From contig CAZKAX010000003.1 in assembly GCA_964550775.1 (NCBI GenBank), positions 1,740 through 65,739 of the forward strand: a stretch of DNA of 64,000 bases. The letters run 5' to 3'. Position 1 is the first letter of the stretch. Every line of letters starts with the position of its first letter. Positions 1 to 10,026 of this stretch are shown here, piece by piece. Position numbers and translations under genes: made by a program. The notes below the pieces were generated by a model, which did no database searches, was not told where the DNA came from, and was given only the letters and a program-made list of their open reading frames with translations. The stretch is from an uncultured Novosphingobium sp. (GTDB lineage: Bacteria; Pseudomonadota; Alphaproteobacteria; Sphingomonadales; Sphingomonadaceae).

Positions 1-2499
1 GTCGCCCATCAGGTCGTCCATGATATAAGTGATGGCCTGGTCGCGGCGCGTCAGATCCCGATAGTCGAGCCGCGGATTGGAGAGGTCAGGCAAGTGCCAC
101 TCCGGGTGCTCGCGCTGCAGGGCCTCATAGCGATCCTGGATCAGGTTCGACATGTCGCTCGAGATCTGGAAGCCGTGGCTTTCGGCGTAGCTCGCCTCTG
201 ACATCATCCGGCTGCCGATCTCGCGGTATCGAGCCGCAGCGGCGCGCCGTTCCTCGGCCTCGCCAATCCGCCAATCGCTGCCATCGGTGCTGGTGTGCGA
301 ACGGCTATGGTCGGTGTAATCCGAGCTCTGGCTATATGTGCCCGAAGACTGAATATCGCCGCTCGACCCGCTGACCACCATGCGGTCGCTCGTCTCGTCT
401 GACTTGTCGGTGCCGCGCGTGGTCTGGTTGGTTGCTGAGCGCTCGCTTCCAGCATTGGCGCTATCGCCGCTTTCACGGCGTCCGGACAGCGAGCCAGAAA
501 GAGAGGCAGACACGCCGCTTCCTACTTCCGATTCCAGAGGTGTGCCTACCGTTCCGGTACCAGTCAGCGAAAGGCCTGACCCAAATGTCCGACTGCTGAA
601 ATCACTCGATGAGCGGCTATTGCCCTCGCGAAGGATAAGATCGTTGTTGGTGACCTCGCGCGTCGAGCTACCCTTGGCCTGTTCGACGACGACGTTGCCG
701 CCGACATTGTGAGTGTCGGATGCGCGCGATCCGCTTTCGCGCCGGGCTCCTGTCACATCGCTGGTCGCGCTGACAGCGCTACCGAACTGGCCCTTTGAGC
801 TGGTCCAGCTGCTCGAGGTGCCGTTCTCGATCTTGTCGGCCTCACTCAAATACCATTGGCCCTGGGATCTGAGGTCGGTCGCATAGCCCCGCGTCATTGT
901 GGGCTTGAACGGCAACTGGGAAATCGCCGCGTTGGTATCGATCACCGAATGGCCCGAGCCATATTCGTTGAACATGCGCCCGTCCGCTTCGCGGAAGCCC
1001 GAATGCCCTGCGCCCGCCAAAAGGTTTGGCGCCTGATTCCACTGCGACACCTGCCGGTTCTCGGCGTTTAGGTTGCCGTAGCTGACGTCACCATAGGCGT
1101 AGTTGCCAGTGGTTCGCTCAAGCGCCGCGGCGTCCGAACCCGCCTGGACCGGGGCGAGCATCGAGCCCAGGTTGTTGGCGACCGACATGGTCCCGCGCAT
1201 GACCATCAGCGCCAGCATCGGCACCGACATCATCAGGAAGCCCGCCATCGTGGCGATGTCCTGGTTCACCGCATCGATCCCCGCCCAGTTTGCGAGGTTC
1301 ACGCTGCCTCCCGAGACTGCCGCCGTCTGAGAAGCCAGGCGGTCCATGATGAACGAATGGATGAGGACGTAGATCGGCCCCCAGGCCGAGAGGTAAAAGA
1401 AGCCCGAGAAATAGCCCTTCAGGGTCGCGATGCCGGTGCGCGGGAACAGCAGCAGCGGGAAGACGATCGGAAACAGTGCATAGAAGACCACGGTCAGGAC
1501 CACGCCGAGCACAGGAATCCAGATCAGCCCCTGCTCGGCCGCAGTCGTCATCGCGTTGCGTGTCTGGGTGTCGGCTCGCTGGAGCGCGAACGAATCGGCG
1601 TCGGCATTGCCAAAATCGAGTTGGGCCGCCTCGAAGGCGTCGACCATGCTCTTCTGCTTGAAGAACTGATTGCGGGTCATCGCCGTGCCGGTCAGCAGCT
1701 GCGAGACCACCGGGACGTCGGCAGCAAGCTTGGCGCCGGCGGCAGCCTCAGTGAGCTTGGGATACATCGAATGGGCAAACGGAAGCGCATAGGCGTTGAT
1801 CTGCGCATCCCACTGGTTGTTGAGGAGCGTCCAGGCCTGCGCGCAGGTCTTGCCCTCGATATCGACGGTGCCGGTGCCGGTATCGGTCAGGTACTTCATG
1901 CCGCGGTTGGTCGCGGCATTGACCCCGAGCTCGGCCCAGAGGTCGGGCGCTTCGCTCAGCAACTTGAGGCTCTTGGTGCCAAGCAGGATGTCATAGTAGG
2001 CGCACTGCTTGAGGTAGCCATCGACATTGGCCTTGAACACCGGATCGCGGATCTCGAACCCGCGCGCCTTGTCCCACATCCGCGCGCCGTAAACGAAGCC
2101 GCCGTTCGAGTAGCTCAGCGCGGCCGGCATGACGAAGACCGTCTCTGCCGTGCGGGTCAGGTAGTCGCTGATCTGGCTGGTGAACGAGGCCATCGCGGCG
2201 AGCCCGATCGGCACGTTGGCCACTGTGGCGGGCGCGAGCCCGGGATTGACGCGGTCGGTGACCTTCACCGTCACGGTCGGAACCATCAGCACGGTGTAGA
2301 TCAACGTCGACTGGATGAACCAGCGGAACCATGCGCGCCAATCGAGATCCATCGCGGTGATGAGGAGTGCGTAGATCAGCCCCATCACCATGACGACGCG
2401 GATCAGCGACTTGAACCCACCCGAGCCGGTCCAGGCGGCGATCGCGTTGAAGGTGTTGACGAGGTAGTCGCCGCCCCCGACCGTGAAGACCTCGAGCAT
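1..2499 (-). CDS. traG: Conjugal transfer mating-pair stabilization protein TraG (3' end runs off the window)
   Basis: Read manually; absent from the ORF track because it has no stop in the window. ATG at 2499 gives MLEVFTVGGGDYLVNTFNAIAAW..., a TraG_N-like multi-TM N-terminus followed by a Ser/Gly/Thr-rich C-terminal region. Lies directly after traH. Confidence 0.9.
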   Translation of the reverse strand, partial: MLEVFTVGGGDYLVNTFNAIAAWTGSGGFKSLIRVVMVMGLIYALLITAMDLDWRAWFRWFIQSTLIYTVLMVPTVTVKVTDRVNPGLAPATVANVPIGLAAMASFTSQISDYLTRTAETVFVMPAALSYSNGGFVYGARMWDKARGFEIRDPVFKANVDGYLKQCAYYDILLGTKSLKLLSEAPDLWAELGVNAATNRGMKYLTDTGTGTVDIEGKTCAQAWTLLNNQWDAQINAYALPFAHSMYPKLTEAAAGAKLAADVPVVSQLLTGTAMTRNQFFKQKSMVDAFEAAQLDFGNADADSFALQRADTQTRNAMTTAAEQGLIWIPVLGVVLTVVFYALFPIVFPLLLFPRTGIATLKGYFSGFFYLSAWGPIYVLIHSFIMDRLASQTAAVSGGSVNLANWAGIDAVNQDIATMAGFLMMSVPMLALMVMRGTMSVANNLGSMLAPVQAGSDAAALERTTGNYAYGDVSYGNLNAENRQVSQWNQAPNLLAGAGHSGFREADGRMFNEYGSGHSVIDTNAAISQLPFKPTMTRGYATDLRSQGQWYLSEADKIENGTSSSWTSSKGQFGSAVSATSDVTGARRESGSRASDTHNVGGNVVVEQAKGSSTREVTNNDLILREGNSRSSSDFSSRTFGSGLSLTGTGTVGTPLESEVGSGVSASLSGSLSGRRESGDSANAGSERSATNQTTRGTDKSDETSDRMVVSGSSGDIQSSGTYSQSSDYTDHSRSHTSTDGSDWRIGEAEERRAAAARYREIGSRMMSEASYAESHGFQISSDMSNLIQDRYEALQREHPEWHLPDLSNPRLDYRDLTRRDQAITYIMDDLMGD

Positions 2500-2511
2500 G
2501 GACGGTGCCCC

Positions 2512-3966
2512 CTACTGGACCTGGCTGCCGAGCGTGCGCGAGAAGCGCAGCGCGGCCGACATCTGAGGGCTAAGCTGGGTGCGCAGGGTCTTTTCGAGCA
2601 TCTGCGTGCGCTGGATGAGCGCAAAGGTCTGGTCGAAACGCTGCGAGGTGCGCGCCGCGATCCCGAGGAAGTTGTGCCGGGTCTCGTAAAGCCCCTCGCG
2701 CCATTCGCGCAAGCTATCCGCATCGGCCCCGTTGAAGTCCGAGCGCGCATTCACTGCCATGTCGATGAAGCGCATGGTCATGGTGGTGACGAGGTCGACC
2801 GCGACGATTTCGGAAAGGTCGTTGATCTCCTGAGCCGAGATGCCGAACTCGGCCGCCGCGCTGACCGTGATGATCTTGTAGACTGGCACGCTTGCCATGC
2901 CGAGGAGCTGGATCTCGGCCGGGGTCAGCGAGGCGCCGGGATCGCGGACCTTCAAGGCCATGCTCTCGATCAGCGTGCGCACCCTCGCCTTGATCGCCGC
3001 ATTGGGCCCGATCACCATGTCGATCTCGCTCGGCGCCATGCACTTGGTCGCATCGCCGCCGCAGCTCCAATACTTGTGCGGAGTGGAAGACGTGCCATCG
3101 AGCATGGCGCTGATCAGCGCCGGGTCGGCCGGGCCGATGAACTGCACCCGCGGCTTGCCGCCGTTGCCGGCCGGATCGTAGATCACGGTGCCGACCAGGG
3201 TCATCAGGAACTCGCGGAACTGGGTGTCGAACCCGCCGTACTTCTTGCCCAATGCCTCCCAGGTGTAGTTGTTGGGCATTCCGGCCTGCTCTTTCATGTC
3301 CGGGTCGGAATTGGCGCTCTTCAGCGCCTCACGCTGGCCGCCGTTGTTGCACTGCTGGCGCGCGCGGGCCCAGTCCGAGACCGCGCCCTGGCTGTTGGCG
3401 ATCGCCTCGCAGATGACCGAACTGGCCGTATCGCTCTTGGGCCACAGGCCGCCGACCAGCGCCTGCGCGGTCTCGCAGGACGAGATGTTCATCTGGTTCA
3501 TCTGCTGAACCTTCTGCGCGAGCTCATCCATGACCTTGCCGATCTCGGGCGAGATCGTGTCGATCGCGAGCTTGAAGGCAAAGCCGAGCGCATTGTTTGC
3601 GGTCGCTTTCAGCATCGCGACGAGCTCGGCGGTGTTGATGAACGAGAAGGACCCCGCGAAGAGGTCGATGCCCCCGCACCCGGCGCGCGCATGGGGCAAC
3701 TGCAAGTTGAAGGGCTGGATGTTCTTCTGCGGGAAGCGCGACCAGACCGAGCCCATCGAATAGTAGCCCGCCGACTGCCCCTGATAGGCACTGGGACCAG
3801 TGACGTTGGCCTGAACCCCCATGTCCGACATGAAGCTCTGCATCTCGCCCTCGACCCCTGCCAATGCGGGACTGGGCGAAGCGAGCAGGACCGCGGCACC
3901 GAGGACTGTCCCAAGCGCGCGGCGCGAGGCCCCATGGACGCGAGCGGCGAGTTTGCGGGCGCGCAT
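2512..3966 (-). CDS. traH: Conjugal transfer pilus assembly protein TraH
   Basis: Motifs YQGQSAGYYSMGS, AGCGGIDLFAGSFSFIN and NISSCETAQ. Start set at the ATG overlapping the traF stop; signal peptide present. Confidence 0.93.
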   Translation of the reverse strand: MRARKLAARVHGASRRALGTVLGAAVLLASPSPALAGVEGEMQSFMSDMGVQANVTGPSAYQGQSAGYYSMGSVWSRFPQKNIQPFNLQLPHARAGCGGIDLFAGSFSFINTAELVAMLKATANNALGFAFKLAIDTISPEIGKVMDELAQKVQQMNQMNISSCETAQALVGGLWPKSDTASSVICEAIANSQGAVSDWARARQQCNNGGQREALKSANSDPDMKEQAGMPNNYTWEALGKKYGGFDTQFREFLMTLVGTVIYDPAGNGGKPRVQFIGPADPALISAMLDGTSSTPHKYWSCGGDATKCMAPSEIDMVIGPNAAIKARVRTLIESMALKVRDPGASLTPAEIQLLGMASVPVYKIITVSAAAEFGISAQEINDLSEIVAVDLVTTMTMRFIDMAVNARSDFNGADADSLREWREGLYETRHNFLGIAARTSQRFDQTFALIQRTQMLEKTLRTQLSPQMSAALRFSRTLGSQVQ

Positions 3967-4778
3967 CAGTAGTCGCTCCCCACCTTGACCTGCGTCAGCT
4001 GGAACACGCGGTCCATGATCTCGTCCTGGCTGAGAATCCCGTAGCCGATCGGCATCGGCTGCTTGGTGACGGAATCGAACAAGACCAGCGCGGGCACCTG
4101 GCGGTCGGTGCCAAGCCCGAGCTTCTCGTATTGTCCGCTGTCGACCATGTAGCCGGGGAAGGTCGAGGAAGGCCCGCCGTCGGTCGAGACCGCAAGCACT
4201 GCGAGGCCGTACTTGTCGGAAACGGCTTTGAGGATCGGCGAGAAGATGTCGCAGGCCCCGCAGCTCGAGGCGAAGAAGTAGAACACCCCGTAGCGCTGCG
4301 AGAGATTGGCCATGACCCGGTCGCGGTCGGTTTTGCGCTCGTCGATCCAGGCGCGCTTGCCCAGCGTCGAGACCGGGCGCTGCAGCGTGTAATCGAGCCC
4401 CGGATCCTGCCACAGCGCGCGCTGCCAGACGTCGGCAAACATCGAGGAGCGGTCGAGCTGTTCGCGCTGGAAGCGGACATAGGCGGTGACGTTCTCCGGG
4501 CTCGGCTCGAGGATTGCGCGTGCTTTCAGTTCTTCGAGCTGGGTGCCGATCGCCGCGAGGCGCTCGCGGGCCGGGGGCTGCGCAGCAGCAGCCTTGCGCG
4601 GCTCCTCTTTGGGCTTCTCGCAATAGAACCAGGTGCCGAGCTTCCTCTCCTTGCAGTAGAGCGCGTCCTCGCTTTGGCGGACTTCGACCCCATCGCCGTC
4701 GGCGGCGAGCAGCGGAGCGGTTCCGGTAAGCATGAAGCTGGAGGCGGCAAGCAGGGCAATACATTGGCGGTGGTTCAT
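3966..4778 (-). CDS. traF: Conjugal transfer protein TraF (thioredoxin-like)
   Basis: Signal peptide, GTWFYCE, AILEPSPENVTAY, FFASSCGAC, VPALVL and PIGYG motifs; lies between traN and traH. Confidence 0.9.
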   Translation of the reverse strand: MNHRQCIALLAASSFMLTGTAPLLAADGDGVEVRQSEDALYCKERKLGTWFYCEKPKEEPRKAAAAQPPARERLAAIGTQLEELKARAILEPSPENVTAYVRFQREQLDRSSMFADVWQRALWQDPGLDYTLQRPVSTLGKRAWIDERKTDRDRVMANLSQRYGVFYFFASSCGACDIFSPILKAVSDKYGLAVLAVSTDGGPSSTFPGYMVDSGQYEKLGLGTDRQVPALVLFDSVTKQPMPIGYGILSQDEIMDRVFQLTQVKVGSDY

Positions 4779-5185
4779 GATCCGCTCCTCTCGAATTCCT
4801 TGATCAATGACATGAAGACGCCGAGGTCGAGCAGCCGGCGGCCGCCATCGAGCAGGCGCACCAGTGCACAGTAGAAGCCGGACAGTGCTTCGCTCCCGGC
4901 TTCGGCAATTGTGTAGGTTCCGGCCTCGAGCCGCGCCCATCCGCGCCTGACGATGGCATTGAGCTGCGCTCTGAGGCTGCGCGCGCGGACCGGACGGTCG
5001 AACCAGGCCGAGATCTCGGCGGCGATGCCGCGCGCGGTCAACGGACCCTTGCGGGCAAGCGCCATGCCGATGCAGAATTCGAGCACGGTAAGATCGGGCG
5101 CGGCGTCGTAGGCACCGAACGCGACCACGCGTGCGCCGCTTCCGGGCACAGGATTTCTGTCGGGCTCAGGGCGTGTGCGCGGCAT
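4775..5185 (-). CDS. Hypothetical protein, possible winged-helix DNA-binding domain
   Basis: LTVLEFCIGMALARKGPLTARGIAAEI...LNAIVRRGWA...YTIAEAG resembles PadR/BlaI-type wHTH. Stop overlaps the traF start (ATGA). Start codon uncertain. Confidence 0.55.
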   Translation of the reverse strand: MPRTRPEPDRNPVPGSGARVVAFGAYDAAPDLTVLEFCIGMALARKGPLTARGIAAEISAWFDRPVRARSLRAQLNAIVRRGWARLEAGTYTIAEAGSEALSGFYCALVRLLDGGRRLLDLGVFMSLIKEFERSGS

Positions 5186-7280
5186 AGTAGGCCTCGATCT
5201 TTGCCTGGATTTCGATGAGCGCGGCGGCTTCATCGGGGAGCTTCGCCGCATCGACGAACTCGGAGTAGATTTCCGTGAAATCCATCACCGAGAGGTCGAG
5301 CTGCTGGAATTCGAAGATGGTGAAGCCGTCGCAGACGGGCTTCTTGGGCGTCCCCCAGGTCTTGCCGATCTGCGGGCGGCCCTGCTCCTGAAGGATCCGG
5401 CTGATCTTCGATTGGAAGCAGCAATAGACGTCGCGCTTGGAGAGACAGATGCCAAGGAAGCTCGAGGAGCAGTAGGTGCCGATCTTGTGGCACAGCCCGG
5501 CATCGTCCTTCTGGTCGAGCAGTACCTCGGCCGGGCTGCACAGCAGCGGAACGAGCAGCGGGACGCCCTTGCCCGAGCAGCAGTTGGCAAGGCCGAAGAC
5601 CTTGTGCGCGCAGCTCTCGGCGGTGCCCTTGAACAGGGTCAGCGTGCTTTCGTCGAACTCGGAATTGGCCTGCCCGAGCGCGTTCAATGCCACGACCGCG
5701 TCCTTGAACTCGTCGGAGGCTTCGCGAACAATTGGTTCGCAGTCGCCATTGACGCAGTAGACGTCGCCGCCGCAGATGTACTGGGCGGGCTGGCTCGTCG
5801 AGCCCGGGATCGGGCACTTGTAGACGCGCTCGGCAACCTTGCACGAGCCATCGCTGCTTGGCGGATCGTCAAGACAGGTCTCGTGGTCGAAGGTGCAGCC
5901 CGGGGTCGCATCGAGCTTGCCGCAGTCGTTGCCGCCGCCAACCACGGTCTGGCACTGGTATGTCTTTGTGGTCTCCCAGCAGGCCCGCGTGACGGGCACA
6001 CCATCGATCAGGCGGGTTTCATTGGGGGCAGTGCAGGTTTCGGAAGTGAGGGTGCAGGTGCCAAGATCGACCGAGCAGGCATTGTCGGTCCAGACCTGCG
6101 TGAACCACTTCGATACCGAGCTTTCGGGTACGATCCCGGCAACATTGGCGCTGCACGAATAGACCTCTTCGGGCGCCGCAGGCTCGAGGCAAGTGAGGTA
6201 GCCCCCTCCCCCGAACGGATCGCCGATGAAATCCCAGGTCTTGCAGAGCTGACGATCGGTGAGGCCGGCTGCGGCGGCAGTGGTGCGCGTGCAGGTCGAT
6301 TCCAAAGCAAGGGTGCCGCACTGCTGGAGGCCGCTTACATACTGCACCGGAAAGCCGGTAACCGGATCGAAGGTCAGCGCGTCGGTGATGCCTTCGGTGT
6401 TACAGCGATAGACGTTGCTGACGACCTGGAAGGCGTCAGCCGGCGGCGGCTTCGCCACTGTGCCCATGAGGTAGACGTTGGGATCGGTGACCGCCGCGTC
6501 GCAGTCGTAGTAGTCGACCGTGAGGTTGTATTCGGGAACGGGGAAGGTCCCGGTCTTGCGGCACAGGGAATTGCCCTCAAGCGCCGCGCAGCCCGGAAAG
6601 CCCGGGGCGGTAACGCAGAGGTACTGATAGAGCGTCTCGTTCCAGGCCGCGACGGTAAGGCTGCGGGTGCAAGTCTTGGGTTGTTCAACCACACTCGAAC
6701 CGACATTGCAGGTCCACTCGGCAGTGTTGGTCGTCCCCGGGCTCGGCGGCAGCGGCACGCAGTTGCCGCTCGAGCCGTCCGCGCTCATGCCCTGGAGGTA
6801 GGCATTGGGATCGTCGGTGACAGTGTTCGCGCGCGAGAGGTCCGCGCGGGTGACATCGACGGTCGGCCGCGTGGTTGAATTGGCGGTGCGGTATGCATCG
6901 CTATTCACGCCGGCTGCCGCCCCATCAGCGTACATGTTGCCGGGATTGTCGTAATACTGGGTGAGGCCGGGATAGTTGGCCTGGTAGCCGGGTATCTGCC
7001 CTGCGGCCCCCGGGGCATCGGTGATCCCTTGGTAGGCACCGCGCACGCTCGATCCGGTTGCCCGCGCCTCGGCCTTGGCTTCATCCACAGTCATTGTGGC
7101 AGGCGCGGAAGGTGGCGGCGGGGCTGGTGCAGGCACGCCGGGATCGATCGCGGGCGGGAGCGGCGGCTGCGGCTCGACGAGATCATCGGGCGGGGGGATG
7201 TAGACCTGCGCCGCCGCGCCGGTCGCGGCGATCAGCCCCAGGGCGGCAAACGCCAGAGCTGCAAAACGCCGCCCGGCCAT
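5166..7280 (-). CDS. traN: Mating-pair stabilization protein TraN
   Basis: Cys-rich 704-aa protein with the TraN C-terminus (LFKG..C..NCC, CHKIGTYCS, YCCFQSKISRILQEQGRPQ, CDGFT..FQQLDLS..DFTE). Confidence 0.93.
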   Translation of the reverse strand: MAGRRFAALAFAALGLIAATGAAAQVYIPPPDDLVEPQPPLPPAIDPGVPAPAPPPPSAPATMTVDEAKAEARATGSSVRGAYQGITDAPGAAGQIPGYQANYPGLTQYYDNPGNMYADGAAAGVNSDAYRTANSTTRPTVDVTRADLSRANTVTDDPNAYLQGMSADGSSGNCVPLPPSPGTTNTAEWTCNVGSSVVEQPKTCTRSLTVAAWNETLYQYLCVTAPGFPGCAALEGNSLCRKTGTFPVPEYNLTVDYYDCDAAVTDPNVYLMGTVAKPPPADAFQVVSNVYRCNTEGITDALTFDPVTGFPVQYVSGLQQCGTLALESTCTRTTAAAAGLTDRQLCKTWDFIGDPFGGGGYLTCLEPAAPEEVYSCSANVAGIVPESSVSKWFTQVWTDNACSVDLGTCTLTSETCTAPNETRLIDGVPVTRACWETTKTYQCQTVVGGGNDCGKLDATPGCTFDHETCLDDPPSSDGSCKVAERVYKCPIPGSTSQPAQYICGGDVYCVNGDCEPIVREASDEFKDAVVALNALGQANSEFDESTLTLFKGTAESCAHKVFGLANCCSGKGVPLLVPLLCSPAEVLLDQKDDAGLCHKIGTYCSSSFLGICLSKRDVYCCFQSKISRILQEQGRPQIGKTWGTPKKPVCDGFTIFEFQQLDLSVMDFTEIYSEFVDAAKLPDEAAALIEIQAKIEAYYAAHTP

Positions 7281-7281
7281 C

Positions 7282-8046
7282 TCAAGGAGCCTTCGCTAGC
7301 TGGGCGAGCGCGATGCGCGCAACGCCGGCACCGGGTCCGCGGCCACCGGCAAAGCTCTCGAGCGCATATTCCACCGTGACATTACCGGTGAGCCGGTCGT
7401 GGTCAGGGGTGGCGCTGGTGCAGTCGAGCCCGTCGCAGAGCTCGTACTCGCGGCCCGCCGCAACAAAGGTCGGCGCGGCTTCGACCTTGAAGGCGCGGAA
7501 CAGGCGCGGGTCGATCGCGAGATGGGCTTCCTGGCCTTCGTCGGTCACCACCCGCTTCAGCCCTTCCGCAAAGGCCTTGGTGCTACCGCCCGGAAATCCG
7601 CGGAACACCACCACGCCGCCCGCCTTGGTCGTGTCGGCGATCAGGCGGGTAAGCGAGGCTTGCGGCATCGACAGGCTGGCAAAGACCATGAACATCGGCC
7701 CCTCGCCCATCGGCGCGCGGGTATTGGCCGCGGCCCCGGCGAGGAGCTCGTCGAAGTCGACCACGCCGTCCGGGCCCCTGGGGAGGCTCGCGGGATCGAT
7801 CGCGGCGACGGAGGCCAAGCCTTGTTCGCGCAAGGTCTCGGCTTCGGCGCGGTGCGCATCGCCCTTGCCGGCGACGGCATCGACGAGGGTCTGGGCATCG
7901 GCCGTCGCCTCGGTGGCCCGGTCCTTGATGGCCTTGAGATCGATGCCGTCCATTGTTTGCGCGAGCGCTGCCGAAACCGCGGTGAGCGCGAGGAAGCCCG
8001 CGATCGGAGCCATCCGTGCCTTTGATATGGCGCGTGCGAAGGTCAT
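7282..8046 (-). CDS. trbC: Type-F pilin assembly protein TrbC
   Basis: FMVFASLSMP, VVFRGF, IDPRLFRAFKVEAAPTFV and GNVTVEYAL motifs. Start reassigned to the ATG at 8046. Confidence 0.88.
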   Translation of the reverse strand: MTFARAISKARMAPIAGFLALTAVSAALAQTMDGIDLKAIKDRATEATADAQTLVDAVAGKGDAHRAEAETLREQGLASVAAIDPASLPRGPDGVVDFDELLAGAAANTRAPMGEGPMFMVFASLSMPQASLTRLIADTTKAGGVVVFRGFPGGSTKAFAEGLKRVVTDEGQEAHLAIDPRLFRAFKVEAAPTFVAAGREYELCDGLDCTSATPDHDRLTGNVTVEYALESFAGGRGPGAGVARIALAQLAKAP

Positions 8047-8054
8047 GGGCGTCC

Positions 8055-9077
8055 TCACAGCATGCAGCAGTTGCGCTTGCGCCAGACGAGGTAGCCAAAG
8101 TCCTCGCCCTTGACGGGGTAGCCCTTGCCGGTCTGGGGAATGATGGTGGTCGCGCCGATCGGCGCGCAGGCGTAGCGGCCCTTTACCGTCGAGATCGGGT
8201 TGGTCATCTGCAGCCGGTATTGCTGCTTGCGCATCACCGGCATCAGGTACTTGTGGCACAGCGCCTTCGATCCCATCGTCCCCCAGGCGAGCGCCTCGCG
8301 GTGCATCTTGTAGAGCATGCGTTCGGCGACGAGCCGCGAAGCCTGGATCGGGGTGACGTGCGCGGCGACGTGGCCGTTCAGCGGGTACATTCCGCCGTTG
8401 CAGCCCGCGCACCAGAACATCTGGTCGATCGGCAGCTTGGCGGTCGCCGCGACGCAGTCGGCCGCGCAGGCCGCGGTCGCGATCGGGTTCGAGAACAGCG
8501 CGACTTCCGGATTGATGATCGAGGTGAGCGCTGAATCCTGCCACAGCGGGTCGATCTCGGTGACATAGGCGACATCGAACGTGGTCTGCTCGAAGCAGAG
8601 GAAATCGGTCAGGATCTCCATCCAGTAGAGCAGCGGGTAGACGTAATAGTGCGACTGCCACTGCGAGCTGTTCTGCGCCTTGCCGCCGATCTGGCTGCGC
8701 CCTTGCACGTGCCCGTTGCCGATGGCGAAACCGGGATTGAGGCGGATCCCGCCGAGATTGGGAAAGCACCAGGCCTTGTTGGTGACGTCGACGAGCCGTA
8801 CGGGTTCCCAGAAGCCCACCGAAATGCCGATGCGCGGGATCGGCGAGCCGCAGGCGCACAAGGGAAACGAGGGATTCTTGGGATCGGGGCGCGAGCCTTT
8901 CCAGATCGAGAGACCGCCGATCGACAGCGGGAACAGGCATGACCAGCAGACATCGGTGATCGGATTGATGAATTTGCCGTGGCACGAGACCGTATCGGCG
9001 CGCGCGGGCGCGGTTGCGGCAAAGGCGAGCGCCAGCGCGGCGAGCAATCCCGCGAATTTCCGTACGAGCCGCTTCAT
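8055..9077 (-). CDS. traU: Conjugal transfer pilus assembly protein TraU
   Basis: CHGKFINPITDVCWSCLFPLSIGG, GFWEP, TEIDPLW and C-terminal WRKRNCC motifs. Confidence 0.95.
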   Translation of the reverse strand: MKRLVRKFAGLLAALALAFAATAPARADTVSCHGKFINPITDVCWSCLFPLSIGGLSIWKGSRPDPKNPSFPLCACGSPIPRIGISVGFWEPVRLVDVTNKAWCFPNLGGIRLNPGFAIGNGHVQGRSQIGGKAQNSSQWQSHYYVYPLLYWMEILTDFLCFEQTTFDVAYVTEIDPLWQDSALTSIINPEVALFSNPIATAACAADCVAATAKLPIDQMFWCAGCNGGMYPLNGHVAAHVTPIQASRLVAERMLYKMHREALAWGTMGSKALCHKYLMPVMRKQQYRLQMTNPISTVKGRYACAPIGATTIIPQTGKGYPVKGEDFGYLVWRKRNCCML

Positions 9078-9340
9078 GGCTGCGCTCCTTGGGCAAAGTC
9101 CTCATCCGCCCGCAACTTGGTGCGGAAGTAAGCAATGCCGTGGAGCGGCGCGGCGAGCGCGAGGATCAGCGCGGGACCTGCGCCCCACAACCCAAACAGC
9201 GCTTTGAGGAGCGGGAGCAGCAGCACAGCGAGCGCCAGCGCCCAGCACAGCGCCATCCACCAGCGCCGCATGTGGCGCAGACGCGCCGTTTCGGGAGCGG
9301 CCATCGGCGTCTTGAGGAAGTCGATCAGCGGGTGGGTCAT
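9074..9340 (-). CDS. Small hypothetical membrane protein in the tra operon
   Basis: 88 aa with two hydrophobic segments; ATGA overlaps with both traW and traU. Confidence 0.6.
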   Translation of the reverse strand: MTHPLIDFLKTPMAAPETARLRHMRRWWMALCWALALAVLLLPLLKALFGLWGAGPALILALAAPLHGIAYFRTKLRADEDFAQGAQP

Positions 9341-10026
9341 GACACCTTGCCTCCGCCAGAGAGAACGGGTGCGGGTGCCACTGCAGCGGGCGGTAGCGGC
9401 ACTTCGCTGATCTTGAGGTTTGCGCCCGCAGCCGTGACCACCGCAGGAGTGTGGCGGATGCCGAACTTGGCGGTGAGCGTGCCGCCCTGGTCGAAGTAGA
9501 AGCGCCGCTGCCAGGGCTTCATCGCATCGAAGGGCGATCCCGAAACGAAGATGATCTTGGCGCGCGCGTCGCTCCAAGTCCTGACCGCCCAAGCGAGTTC
9601 GGCGGCATTGTCACCGTCGACGAAAACCAGCGCCTGGCTCAATTGCACCATGTCGAGCGGATTGACCCGGGTTCCGCGCGCAGCGATCAGGTTGCCCTTG
9701 GCATCGACGATGTCATCTTGCGTGACGATCGAGGGATCGAACAGCCATTCGCGCCTGGTAAGCGCAGGGGTCATGCCATCGACCGGCTTGGGGCGGCGCA
9801 CGCTGGCTACCGCTTGCTCCTGCATCTGGCGCTGCATGCGCTCGATCCCGCCGTTGGCATCGAGCGTCCTCAATCGCGTCTCGATCGTCGTGAGAAGATC
9901 TGTCTCGATGATCGGGAAGGTCTGCCCCATCTGCCCGTAGTCGGCAGCGCGCAGGCTCGAGATAACCGGCCAACCGACCAGCAGCGCCACGCCGCTGGCG
10001 GCGATCAAGGCGGCGGCGGGCCTCAC
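9337..10026 (-). CDS. traW: Type-F conjugative transfer protein TraW
   Basis: GQTFPIIETDLL, FDPS, G(T)RVNPLD and FYFDQGGTLTAKFGIRHTPAVV motifs. Confidence 0.93.
   Translation of the reverse strand: MRPAAALIAASGVALLVGWPVISSLRAADYGQMGQTFPIIETDLLTTIETRLRTLDANGGIERMQRQMQEQAVASVRRPKPVDGMTPALTRREWLFDPSIVTQDDIVDAKGNLIAARGTRVNPLDMVQLSQALVFVDGDNAAELAWAVRTWSDARAKIIFVSGSPFDAMKPWQRRFYFDQGGTLTAKFGIRHTPAVVTAAGANLKISEVPLPPAAVAPAPVLSGGGKVS

Noticed and set aside
1357..3972. 871-aa plus-strand ORF and similar long ORFs (5175-6878, 31379-32803, 36031-37653, 60755-61945)
   Set aside because: Antisense shadows of well-supported genes in high-GC DNA; no recognisable motifs.
2512..4764. 750-aa TraH and 617-aa TrbC (7282-9135) as called in the ORF track
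   Set aside because: The N-terminal extensions overlap traF and traU in other frames. True starts are at 3966 and 8046.
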